A stretch of DNA of 63,372 nucleotides, the filler included, from Globobulimina sp. (Eukaryota), in NCBI GenBank assembly GCA_003354225.1. It is 33 parts of 33 records of this genome, joined end to end, with 100 filler letters (N's around TTAATTAATTAA, not from the genome) between each part and the next. Parts side by side here need not be neighbours in the genome. Positions count along the whole stretch, not along the records: positions 46,174 to 47,996 come from PIVH01011527.1; positions 48,097 to 49,918 come from PIVH01011528.1; positions 50,019 to 51,840 come from PIVH01011529.1; positions 51,941 to 53,762 come from PIVH01011530.1; positions 53,863 to 55,684 come from PIVH01011531.1; positions 55,785 to 57,606 come from PIVH01011532.1; 27 more parts are not named here. One strand, written 5' to 3'. The translations under genes were made by a program, and so were the position numbers. Below are positions 47,424 to 57,706 of the stretch, piece by piece. The first letter of the stretch is position 1, and each line of letters opens with the position of its first letter. The notes beneath the pieces were generated by a model. It saw only the letters and a program-made list of their open reading frames with translations. It had not been told where the DNA came from and did not search any database.

Positions 47424-48133
47424 TTAGTTTGCCATTTGTGGCGACTTTGTTTCTACCGACTTAGCCCCAAACAAATCCGACGCTGACTTCAATCGACCTT
47501 CATAAATACCCATTTCATAAATACCCCTTTCACGTTGAAAAACTGATCCATATAAAAACAGACCGTAAGACTGTTTAACTTAAAACAGAATGAATAGTAA
47601 ATACTTAAAAGTTAAAATAAAAATACAAAAAATGATGAGAAATAAATAAAAATGATGAGAAAGGATAAAAATAATGAGAAAAAAATAGAAATCCATGCAA
47701 CAATATGACGATAAATGCTGTCTTATTCACTAATCACTATGTTTTGGAAACGAAATGTTATACTCCAAAAACTGCAAAATGTCTTTGCATCGCGCTTGGA
47801 TTCGTTTCCTTTGTTTTCCATTCGGTATATCAGCAGGATGCGGATGAACGTGTCTTGAGTGTGTTTGTGCGGGATCCGCTATTTTATCATTACGATCAAT
47901 GAATAATTGCATCATATCATCATTCACCACTTCGTTCCCGTGATCCACAAACATTGAGTACAAATTTCTGACCGTTTCATTAAATGCGTTTGGTTTNNNN
48001 NNNNNNNNNNNNNNNNNNNNNNNNNNNNNNNNNNNNNNNNTTAATTAATTAANNNNNNNNNNNNNNNNNNNNNNNNNNNNNNNNNNNNNNNNNNNNTGAG
48101 ACTCAAGAAGCAAACATAAATTACAAAAAATAA

Positions 48134-48198
48134 AATGTGATGATGGGATTTGAACCCAAATCTTCTTTAATAAGACGCTCCCATTGAGCTATCACAAT
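48134..48198 (-). pseudogene. tRNA-derived sequence (pseudo-tRNA or SINE head)
   Basis: A-box TAGCTCAATGG and B-box GGTTCAAATCCC; TGTGA/TCACA acceptor remnant; T-run downstream; anticodon arm shortened. Confidence 0.65.
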
Positions 48199-48200
48199 TC

Positions 48201-48348
48201 GATGCGGCGGCTTAGCCGCCATAAATACCAGAATCAATACAATGCGGCGGCTTCGCCGCCATAAATACCATCATATCTCATATCAATACGATGCAGCGGC
48301 TTCGCCGCCGTAAATACCATCATCAATAGCATAATGAGGCGGCTTCGC
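48201..48348. repeat. Four roughly 30-bp repeats, each with a GC hairpin GGCGGC-TTC-GCCGCC
   Basis: Units at 48201, 48241, 48290 and 48333 (truncated); spacers are 10-19 nt. Confidence 0.9.
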
Positions 48349-50018
48349 GATATGCTACGCAGCATCCATTGTTTTTGATGCTGCGAACCAAAAAAGTTTT
48401 GCTTGAACAAAAAAATGAATACAAAAACTGAAAAGTGTGCAAGGATAAAAACATCATTTTCATCGTTCTTTAATCGCTCTCAAAACACCATAATGACCAC
48501 GTTAATTATGACCGTGGCAATTCGCTATCTGTATACACCACATTGTTACCGGTGGCAATTCACTCTGTTAACCAGTGGCAATTCGCTGTGTTACTTTGAC
48601 TGTGTTTTGTGACTAAAATTCGGATTTTTCCTCATATGATCTCATACATTGATGTCATTGAAATGCATTGGATAGAATATGTTGAATGTCATTCCATGCG
48701 ATTTGGATTGGTTTGTGGATATAATGTGATTTTGAGTGCAATTGGTGGCATTTCATAAAAAAAAAAAATAATATCATAAAATAAAAATAACCGTCGTAAC
48801 TAATTTACAAAGGCCATAAATAGCTGCCTAATACCTAAAAAATAAATGAATAATCTGCGTAGTGATGCTGTAAATAAAAAGAGTATCCGTCTGAATAACA
48901 TGTGCACAATTATAGTATGCATTACTGCGAATTGAACCGGCCATGCCATATTATTTAAGATGTCATTAATAAAAGGAACATCACATAATATCGCAACAAA
49001 TGCCATATTAAATGGAGATATTAACATAAATAAAGACAGACAAATGTATTTTATATATTTATAAGCACTGAGACAGTCAATACATTTGTGATAACTGCGA
49101 GAATAAAAACAACTGTACATAAATGCGAAAAGATAACAACCAAACAACTGCAGATAACATCATATGAATGAAAATCAACTGCAACCTCTTACATTTTTCT
49201 CTCCTCTCTTTAATATTACCGAACATTAATTCTATATTTTATTCAATCACCGGAGGAATACATGTATTTATTGCTATGCCATTACTTTTGATTTGGGGAA
49301 TTACTGTACAATCAAACATGTGGTTGGTCCTCCCTATCCAATAGACGAACGAAAAACTGTTTGTGCCATTAAAAAAAAACACGTCAGTCAGTTATTTATA
49401 TTATTGTAAATAAATTCATTTGGAATTGCGGCGTATACTGCTATTAGAATTAAAAAAAAAAGCTCTACGAAGCGTACTAAGAGCCATCATGTTTTCGACC
49501 CGATTCAGCATGTTTCATGTTTGTTTTTTTGTGCTTTGTATTGTAAATGGAAACTACAATGAAGAGAAATCTGCATTGAATGATGAATTTAACAGAACCG
49601 AAAAATATCACATATTCAATGTGAATGCAAAATCGCTGCTTTCCGACAGTACCATACTAAAAATCATGGTACGTAACATATACAATACGCCATAATTGCA
49701 GCTGATAATTATTAATAATATTAATATGGAATTAAATGGAATAATACTTAATGTACAGTAGCTTGCATGATCCGAAACATATCCATTGTTTCTGTCACCT
49801 ATTTAAGTAAATTATATTCTGTTTTAACTAAAAACATGTCTTTTGATTCAATGCTAGCCAAAGTTACAGGACATAACAAATTACGCCATGTTGGATGTGC
49901 CATTGTATTTTCTTCATTNNNNNNNNNNNNNNNNNNNNNNNNNNNNNNNNNNNNNNNNNNNNTTAATTAATTAANNNNNNNNNNNNNNNNNNNNNNNNNN
50001 NNNNNNNNNNNNNNNNNN

Positions 50019-50224
50019 GCTTCAGGTTCGGGGACAGCGTAGGGATCGCTGTAGCGTTCGTGGTGAACCACTGTGAAATCGGGATTCACGCCTTTAGCGA
50101 TGGGGTGTTTCGAATCAGCAACCGTGACCTGCAAGGTAGTTGAATCGCCCACATAAGCCTTAAATGAGCAGGGGGCGCCCATAAGTCTTTTGTTGGGTTT
50201 GGCAAAATGCGATGAGTGCAAGGA
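50019..50224 (-). CDS. Bacterial ThuA-like (trehalose utilisation) fragment
   Basis: LHSSHFAKPNKRLMGAPC...HPIAKGV..F...HERY..P..VPEP matches ThuA (LHSxHF, HPIAxG, EMY); starts abruptly after an in-frame TAA. Confidence 0.75.
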
Positions 50225-50239
50225 TTACAAATCATTTTT

Positions 50240-51652
50240 TTAGTGCTTTTTTTTGTGTTTCTTTTTTTGCTCAGCAATAGCAGCGAGACTTATCATTTTC
50301 TCCGGTAATTTAGGTTCGTACCCAAAACAAATATAATCCTGATAATAAAAATTATATATTTTAGCAAAAGTAATATTATCAATCGCATAATACGCCGGTA
50401 ATATATCTCCTTTTTTCCATTTCTCCAGTGACATTACTTTGAGATATGTTTTATTTAAAGATTCTCTCGCTCCGTATGATGGCATTAATTGCAAATCATT
50501 CTCATACATTACAATATCCTCACAAACCTCTGTTAATTTCCTCCAATGTTGCTCATATTTTTCAACTTTTCCTATAAAAAATCGATTATTATTATTTACA
50601 TTCTTTTTATTTGGATTGATAAACCATTCAATATTTGTTCCGATTTGTGATAAATTTGGTAGACTCAAAATAGCCGTTTGAGACATGATATGTTGCAAAT
50701 GCCTGGAACCAAAAATAAAAACTGATTCAAACACAGCTAAGTCGTCCACAAATGCTCGAAATCTGTCTGGTTCGCCACTGATAGATAAAAACTTAAATAC
50801 ATGCCTTAAACTGGCAATATGCCTATGATCGTCAATCCGATCCGGATGATTTTCAACATCCCACATCAACCTATTTACCGTATAATACCCACTTATAAAT
50901 CTTGACAATGGATCTCGAACAAACGTAAAGGAACAGTTACTTTGAATGAAATCGCCAGACTCCATTACGGTTTGCTCAAATTCATATTCCTTTGACTGCC
51001 GTTTAAGATATGTGGTTGTTGTGGAACTCGCTGATTTTTCAATGTTAAAATATGAGGTTGTATATGTATTATTAAATCCTTTTTTTTTAACTGTCTGCAC
51101 CTTTGTTTTGCTGTGATATTGCATATTTTTACGCTTTGAATGGATTTTATAATGTTGCTCATGATGGCTATGGCTGAATAATGTGGAATATGACTCTCGT
51201 GATACAAACCAGTGATAGTGGACGGAAGATAATAAGGATGGGAAATATGTCAATAATTTATTAGGCATTTGCGAGGTTATTGCATCTGCACATTCATGCT
51301 CTAGCAATGGATTACCAATGATATACCCATCCGGATGGTATATTACATTTGGAGCTGGTGGCGCGGGTTCGTTATGATTGTGTATTTTGTTATTGTTTTG
51401 CTGGTGGCGGTAGTCTGGTTTTGCTGGTGGTTTGTTAGTATTCTCTTGTAATTCATTCAATTGTCTTTGTTGAATGTCATGCAGTTTTTGTGAAATTACA
51501 TTTAAGTTTGGCGGTATTTCATTCGTGTTTTGTTTTGTTAACTCATTGATTATAAATGTATTGTACCCAAATATAAATATTGTCACACTTAAAATGATTA
51601 ATACTGAATAGAACCTCCAGTTTTGAGATTTTAGAAGTGATTGCGTGCTCAT
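50240..51652 (-). CDS. Golgi-type carbohydrate sulfotransferase (Sulfotransfer_2), type II membrane
   Basis: N-terminal TM; NIEKSASST; FTFVRDPLSRFISGY; YYQDYICFGY. Confidence 0.88.
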   Translation of the reverse strand: MSTQSLLKSQNWRFYSVLIILSVTIFIFGYNTFIINELTKQNTNEIPPNLNVISQKLHDIQQRQLNELQENTNKPPAKPDYRHQQNNNKIHNHNEPAPPAPNVIYHPDGYIIGNPLLEHECADAITSQMPNKLLTYFPSLLSSVHYHWFVSRESYSTLFSHSHHEQHYKIHSKRKNMQYHSKTKVQTVKKKGFNNTYTTSYFNIEKSASSTTTTYLKRQSKEYEFEQTVMESGDFIQSNCSFTFVRDPLSRFISGYYTVNRLMWDVENHPDRIDDHRHIASLRHVFKFLSISGEPDRFRAFVDDLAVFESVFIFGSRHLQHIMSQTAILSLPNLSQIGTNIEWFINPNKKNVNNNNRFFIGKVEKYEQHWRKLTEVCEDIVMYENDLQLMPSYGARESLNKTYLKVMSLEKWKKGDILPAYYAIDNITFAKIYNFYYQDYICFGYEPKLPEKMISLAAIAEQKKKHKKKH

Positions 51653-51940
51653 GATTTGACAATTGTGAAAACTTTGTTGATTTCTGTCATTTTCTGAGAA
51701 AACTTTGTTGTCATTTTCTGTTATAATTACAAGTGCGAGGATATTATATAAGATATATGTAATATGTTATTAATATATTATTGTTCGTTTTTATGGTAAA
51801 ACGCTAATCCGTCGTTATCTTCACCATCTAATTTGGTTAANNNNNNNNNNNNNNNNNNNNNNNNNNNNNNNNNNNNNNNNNNNNTTAATTAATTAANNNN
51901 NNNNNNNNNNNNNNNNNNNNNNNNNNNNNNNNNNNNNNNN

Positions 51941-53760
51941 CAAAATTCAAAATTATTTCCCAGTATACCAAAGATCTGAGGATGGCAATTTCGAAATAAA
52001 TCACTGTATAAACTCTCAGATTCTTTATTATTTCTTGCGGATAACGCACTTAATATATTGTTCTACATTTGTTGTTTATTTTGATATTGCAATTCAGTCA
52101 AACGCAACGCAATGTTTTCAAACGGATACTGTCTTTTTATCAGGAACGATGATGAAATCTCCAAATCAAAATTCAAAATCTCAATTATATCCAGACTTTG
52201 CCATTTCAAGTCCTTCAAAAAAAAATTATTCTGTTTATGATGATTGTGAAACATTAACTGATTTCTATTATAATTATTATTATAATTATATCGTTGGTGG
52301 TTACCTTTTCCTTCAAAATATTTAAAAAAATGATAAATTGAATGTAACTGCAAATAGTTTGTGCATGAAATATTTGTCAATTTACGTTTTTGGAATTGAT
52401 TTTTTACGGATTGAATAAAACTGTCATATATTTTCATGCCCATTCTCTGGTAATTTACTCTCATTTTAAATGACCATCTTTTATCTGAAAAGCAGGTTTT
52501 TATGATATGATATAAGCAGTCAATACTTAACATCGGTTTTGCCAAAATATTAATGGCCTGAATTCTAAAAACATGCAACATATCATGGCTTCTCGTCATA
52601 TTTGAGACTTGCTTTTCTAATAAATCAGCAGTATTTGGGTTAATTTGCTTGCGTAAATCAGGTAAAATCGCAAAGGATTTCAAAAATGATTTATAATCAA
52701 CAATCTCATCAATTAAATGGTTCAGAATACATTGCGCTGATTTTTTCTCCATATCGGCAGCATTCCACATTTTGGAGCTAAAAAAGTCCCATAATTTCTT
52801 GGCACCGGATCGTAAATCTTCCGCCCAATAAAAACTCTTTTTGTTTTTTTGCAAACGTATATTTGGATGAATTTCAACGTGGCCCGCACTGGTTTTACAT
52901 GTAAATCGTACGGCAGTGTCATACGAATAATATCCACCCCATGGAATATTGAATAAATCTAAATAGAACAAATTGCGGTTATGTCGAGAGACCACTTTTA
53001 ATGCTTTCCATTCCGTTGGTATCTCCGGCAAAGAAACATATATTTCCCTGGATGGATATGGCGACAATAAGTAAATCCGTACCATGTTTTTATAACTATT
53101 CGTATCCTGAATGTCTGTGATATTTATGGATGAACCACTTTGTTTGGATATGTTTAATTTGTTTTTATTCAATTTATTATCATCAGTTGGCATCATTTGG
53201 GTGGGTACATTTTTCACTTTGATTTCAGAACAGCGTATTAATAACTTATCAAATAATAATTGAACAGATTTCTCTTTTAATAAGTGATATTCATCCACGA
53301 TTGCCATTAATTTGTTATATTCGACATCAAACTCTTCAAAGCTTTCTTTGGTTTAATATAATTCCGAATTTACTGCAATTTTTAATTTGATACAGCTCGT
53401 TACATTCTGTATAATTAAGCATAAATAGGCATATTTTTGCCAATATTTAATTTTTTTCCTTGAAGTATCATATTGTTTAAATTTTACTTTTTGTTGAGGA
53501 CGCACTTTATTTAGACACTGTATCACATTTTGAAATAACAACGATTCAATATCTCCTTTATTTATATGACATTTTGTTTCAGAAAATATTTGGCGACGAA
53601 TAGTTTGATGATTTTGCATGATTTTATTACCTTTCTGGCTAAAACACTGCGATATAAATCTATCAATATCTAATTTACCCTCATTTTCATTTTGTTTTTC
53701 ATCATCCAAATTTTTGTTACTTTTGTTATTTTGGTCATCTTCAATGATAACGAATAAATT
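51941..53760 (-). pseudogene. Hypothetical gene spanning the contig in one frame with two in-frame stops (TAA 53353-53355, TAG 52063-52065)
   Basis: The same frame reads SELY*TKESFEEF and KQQM*NNILSALS and is open to both contig ends. Confidence 0.6.
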
Positions 53761-53862
53761 GANNNNNNNNNNNNNNNNNNNNNNNNNNNNNNNNNNNNNN
53801 NNNNNNTTAATTAATTAANNNNNNNNNNNNNNNNNNNNNNNNNNNNNNNNNNNNNNNNNNNN

Positions 53863-55684
53863 GGTGTAAATAGCAATAAAAATGCGTATATATTCTTACC
53901 ACAAAATATTTACAAACAGCTGTGCGTATTTGAGTATCAACGCCATTATAATGGGCAAGTTTTATTTTTTGACGATGATTCTGATGAAGATGTTAAAAAC
54001 GCAGAAGAATGGCCGGTGGACAGTGATAATGAGATGGAGGACGAGAATAAGCCATTAAATGAAGAAGATGCTCTAATTACAATGATGAGAAAGCGTGGCA
54101 TATTTGCGGACTATTTATTGAATGAACTGAGCAAAACAATGAAAACTATTAATTGTGAAAGTGATGTATTACTGGAATCGAAACTGGATAAAGAGATATT
54201 GTCAGGAGAAGAGATTGAGTTTTTAAATGGAGAGATACCGTCAGAGTATGCCTATTATAAATTAGTTTCTTCAAACGATATGATTCCGTTTTATATTCAT
54301 CAAGATACGAATATAAAAAGATGTCAATTGTTGAGCACATCACATTCATTGATCAATATATTACAATATCATCGTAAGAAAGATGATGAATTGCAAGGAA
54401 AAAATAAAAATGAAAATGTCGAAATGCTGAAAAAAGCGCTGAAACAAATGATTATATATAATAAAGATATGATGGATGTGGCAAAATTAAAAAAAAGCAT
54501 AAATGCATTAACGTTTTTAGAAATTCATAACGAAATGGAATTGCATGCAGTAATTAGTAATAAATACGATTATTATGGAGAGATTTCAGAAAATAGTCTT
54601 GAATTTAAGCGGTTAATGGCGATAAGAGAAAGAATATGGAGACGATGTTGTGTATCATTGGAGATTCCAATTTTAAGTGGCAAGTATGAATTAAGTAGAC
54701 GGATGATTGCGATTTGTGATCATACAAATGTGAGTTTAATTATCTGTGAAAACAACAAACTAAAACTGGAACAAACGTTGAACAAAAAAATATTAACTTT
54801 TGTTCCATTTTTTGTTTTGTTTTCACCGATAAACCTTTTAACTGAAGACATTAGCAAATGGTCAAATATTTATTCAATTAAAAACCAATAGAAACAATTC
54901 AAATTCATATTTTTCACCACCACATAATACAAAAATAATTGTGAGAGAAACACAGTCATTGAGTCCATTATCGCTGCAATTGTTTGAAAGCGTTACTTCA
55001 ACGAAATTGGCAAAATTGTTTCCCAATCAAAATATATTAATATTTGCTGCAAAGAATAAAGATAATAAGAATACGGTTGCTTCGTTATCAAAAACATCGA
55101 ATAAGAACGATAGTTCTTATTTAAATGAGGCGGAGTATGGAAGAGCAAAGTTATTTGATTGCATCATTTGCAGTGACAATAATAATATTAATGTGTTTAT
55201 GCCATCGTTATCATCAAACATTAAACGAACAGGATTCGATCATGGATTGGCATTGCAACGACCAATAAATAATAAATATAAAAATGAACAAAAATATGGA
55301 GATGAATATGAGTATGAATATGATGAGGAAGAGGAAGATGATGTGAATAATGAAATATTTTGGAAAGGATCAACAACGTGGATTTGGGATAAAAATATAA
55401 AAATATTGAGAATGAAAGATTATGTTGAATATTTTCTAAATTTTAATAAAAATAATTATTGTTTTGATTTGGCTCATTTGTTTGAAATTGAATCACAACA
55501 AAATATTTATGGAATGGATTCCCAAAAATGTAGACATTTAATGAAATTGAATGAACATTACAATAAATTAATGGAAATGAATTATTGTGTCAGTATTTTA
55601 CCAGATAAAATGTATAAAAAAACACAAACATTTCCACATTATATGTTAAACAAACAATATTCACTCAGAAAACAGGTAAAAACA
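53863..55684 (+). CDS. Hypothetical protein (partial at both ends), frame change near 54800-54890
   Basis: Two long ORFs joinable by a 46-nt GT-AG intron (54802-54847, weak donor) or by a 1-nt indel. Confidence 0.55.
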
Positions 55685-55784
55685 NNNNNNNNNNNNNNNN
55701 NNNNNNNNNNNNNNNNNNNNNNNNNNNNTTAATTAATTAANNNNNNNNNNNNNNNNNNNNNNNNNNNNNNNNNNNNNNNNNNNN

Positions 55785-55985
55785 TTGAAACTGAAACTAT
55801 AAAATCAGTTGCAAACTAAATATTTGCGCCTTACGCAAAGCCGCGCGCTCCGCGCGCAACGCGGCGGGGCCGCGTTCCTTTGGGTCAGTTTAAAAGATTT
55901 TGTTTAAACTGATTTTATGGTTTCAGTTTCAAACTATGTCTTTCTCATAGTTTGAAACTATAATCTTTCCTCAGTTTCAAACTGA
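55785..55985. mobile_element. Fold-back element with GC-rich T-shaped core, copy 1 (truncated by the contig start)
   Basis: Arms 55785-55816 and 55902-55932 are inverted; core 55836-55882; GTTTGAAAC/GTTTCAAAC subrepeats are shared with copy 2. Confidence 0.65.
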
Positions 55986-56117
55986 TTTATTTTTCATCCA
56001 AATGTATGAAGCCATTCCAAATGCGCCCATTTCGCATCGCGTTGGCCATCTGGCGCTATGTAATAAATGTATTCTATCATACATCCTATCCTATCCTATC
56101 CTATCCTATCCTATACA

Positions 56118-57606
56118 GGTACACCCGCAACACATCGACATCGTCCACGCGCCCAACATCGATATGATAGCCATCGCAAAGCTGCCTTTCAGTTTGTTCC
56201 GCCAGACGCCCCGGACAGTGATATTGATGAAGAGAAACAGATAATATTGGGCGGCGACAGAAATGAAGAATTGGTGGCGTTTGTAAAGCAAAAGCATAAA
56301 ATGCAGTCGATTTTAGAAATGTGGTATGGATACAGAGTGATATTATTGAAGGCGAAGGGTGGCAAAGAGAAACTCCCGAATTATCGCATTCCGACTGAAA
56401 ATATTCAATTTATAGTTCATTGGTTGGTCTCCGCATCATTAGTATTTGAGCAGGCGAAAGAATATAATGTTTCGTTTCACCCGGATGGCCTCGCGAGCGC
56501 AGCCGTCCATCAAAGGATCGCGCAGGTATTTAATGTTGTGCGTGAGTCATTAGGGATTAGTGGCTATGATCCCATTAATAAGAGCATGTCGGAGCGACTG
56601 TTTAAGAAATTGTCGGCGGGCTGTGGGCACCAGGAGGATAAGACCCACCATGTAAACGTTTTGTTCAACAAATTGCAGATGGATGTAAATGGATTATTAT
56701 CATCAAACAAACAGTATCAAGATGATTTTACGCGGATCACCATGAATGCCGCATCCAAGAAAATCAATCAATTGCAAAGGAAAAATGAGAAAGTGTCGAA
56801 GATGGACGTAAATTTGGAGGCGACAGTGGCGACGTTGCGAGAGATGGTTGATTTGGAGACGAAGAAATTGATGAATGAAAATAAGAAAAAGGTTGAGGCA
56901 GAAAAGGAGAATATTCAGAAATTGGTTGGCCGCCGGAATGATAATGACATCGGTCAGTGGAGATTTTATGCAGTATTAAATATTATGAAATATTGCAGTG
57001 TTTGAAACTGCTTTCAAACAACGACATTTTTATGGTTTGAAACTGCAAAAATGAAGCAGTTCAAAATGCATTAAAGAGAATAATAGTTTCAGTCTCATTT
57101 TATTATAATAATGCAGTTTGAAACTGAAACTATACTCTCAGTGCACACAAAATGTATGAAAATACCACAAAGCGGCGCGCTGCGCGCGCCACGCCGCAAG
57201 CGGCGTCGCTTTGTGTTATATGCAAATATTTAGTTTGAAACTGAGATTATAGTTTCAGTTTCAAACTACATTATTATAATAAAATGAGACTGAATCTATT
57301 ATTCTCTTTAATGCATTTTGAACTGCCTCATTTTTGCAGTTTCAAACCATAAAAATGTCGTTGTTTGAAAGCAGTTTCAAACACTGCAATATTTCATAAT
57401 ATTTAATACTGCATAAAATGTGTGTTGTGCCATTATTTTTATTTTAGATTTGGGGATTGGATACACATTTGATCGCCAATTGGATGAATCAGTATTTTCG
57501 CATTCGTTGAGATATGTTGGTGACTCAGCAGCCTATGATTCGATTACATGGATTATTAATAATGGGGATAAGATGCGCGAACGTTGTACTTTGCAGCAAC
57601 GCGTTA
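56118..57606 (+). CDS. Hypothetical coiled-coil protein; intron 56953-57447 contains the fold-back element; the upstream intron contains (ATCCT)n
   Basis: G|GTCAGT donor and TTTTAG|AT acceptor join in phase 1 (NDNDI-DLGIGYTFDRQL). Confidence 0.6.
56963..57419. mobile_element. Fold-back element with 180-bp inverted arms and GC-rich T-shaped core, copy 2
   Basis: 56963-57142 versus 57240-57419 reverse complement with 4 mismatches; core 57166-57215. Confidence 0.75.
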
Positions 57607-57706
57607 NNNNNNNNNNNNNNNNNNNNNNNNNNNNNNNNNNNNNNNNNNNNTTAATTAATTAANNNNNNNNNNNNNNNNNNNNNNNNNNNNNNNNNNNNNN
57701 NNNNNN

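Noticed and set aside
48134-48198. Functional tRNA gene
   Set aside because: Too short; the anticodon arm is not formed and the acceptor stem is imperfect.
48201-48348. CRISPR array (palindromic 30-bp repeats with spacers)
   Set aside because: Spacers are only 10-19 nt and resemble each other, the repeats decay, there are no cas genes, and the context is eukaryotic.
48800-49918. Membrane ORF 48800-49147 and + strand fragments
   Set aside because: No consistent frame or motif; likely AT-rich shadow or decayed sequence, so not called.
33101-51652. Glycan-sulfation gene cluster (GT77-like gene plus two sulfotransferases)
   Set aside because: The genes are on different contigs that are adjacent only through length sorting.
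55806-57243. Flip/flop isomerism of the T-core relative to the aaatatttgc flank
   Set aside because: An originally symmetric element with one-sided decay in each copy explains it equally well; two copies cannot establish isomers.
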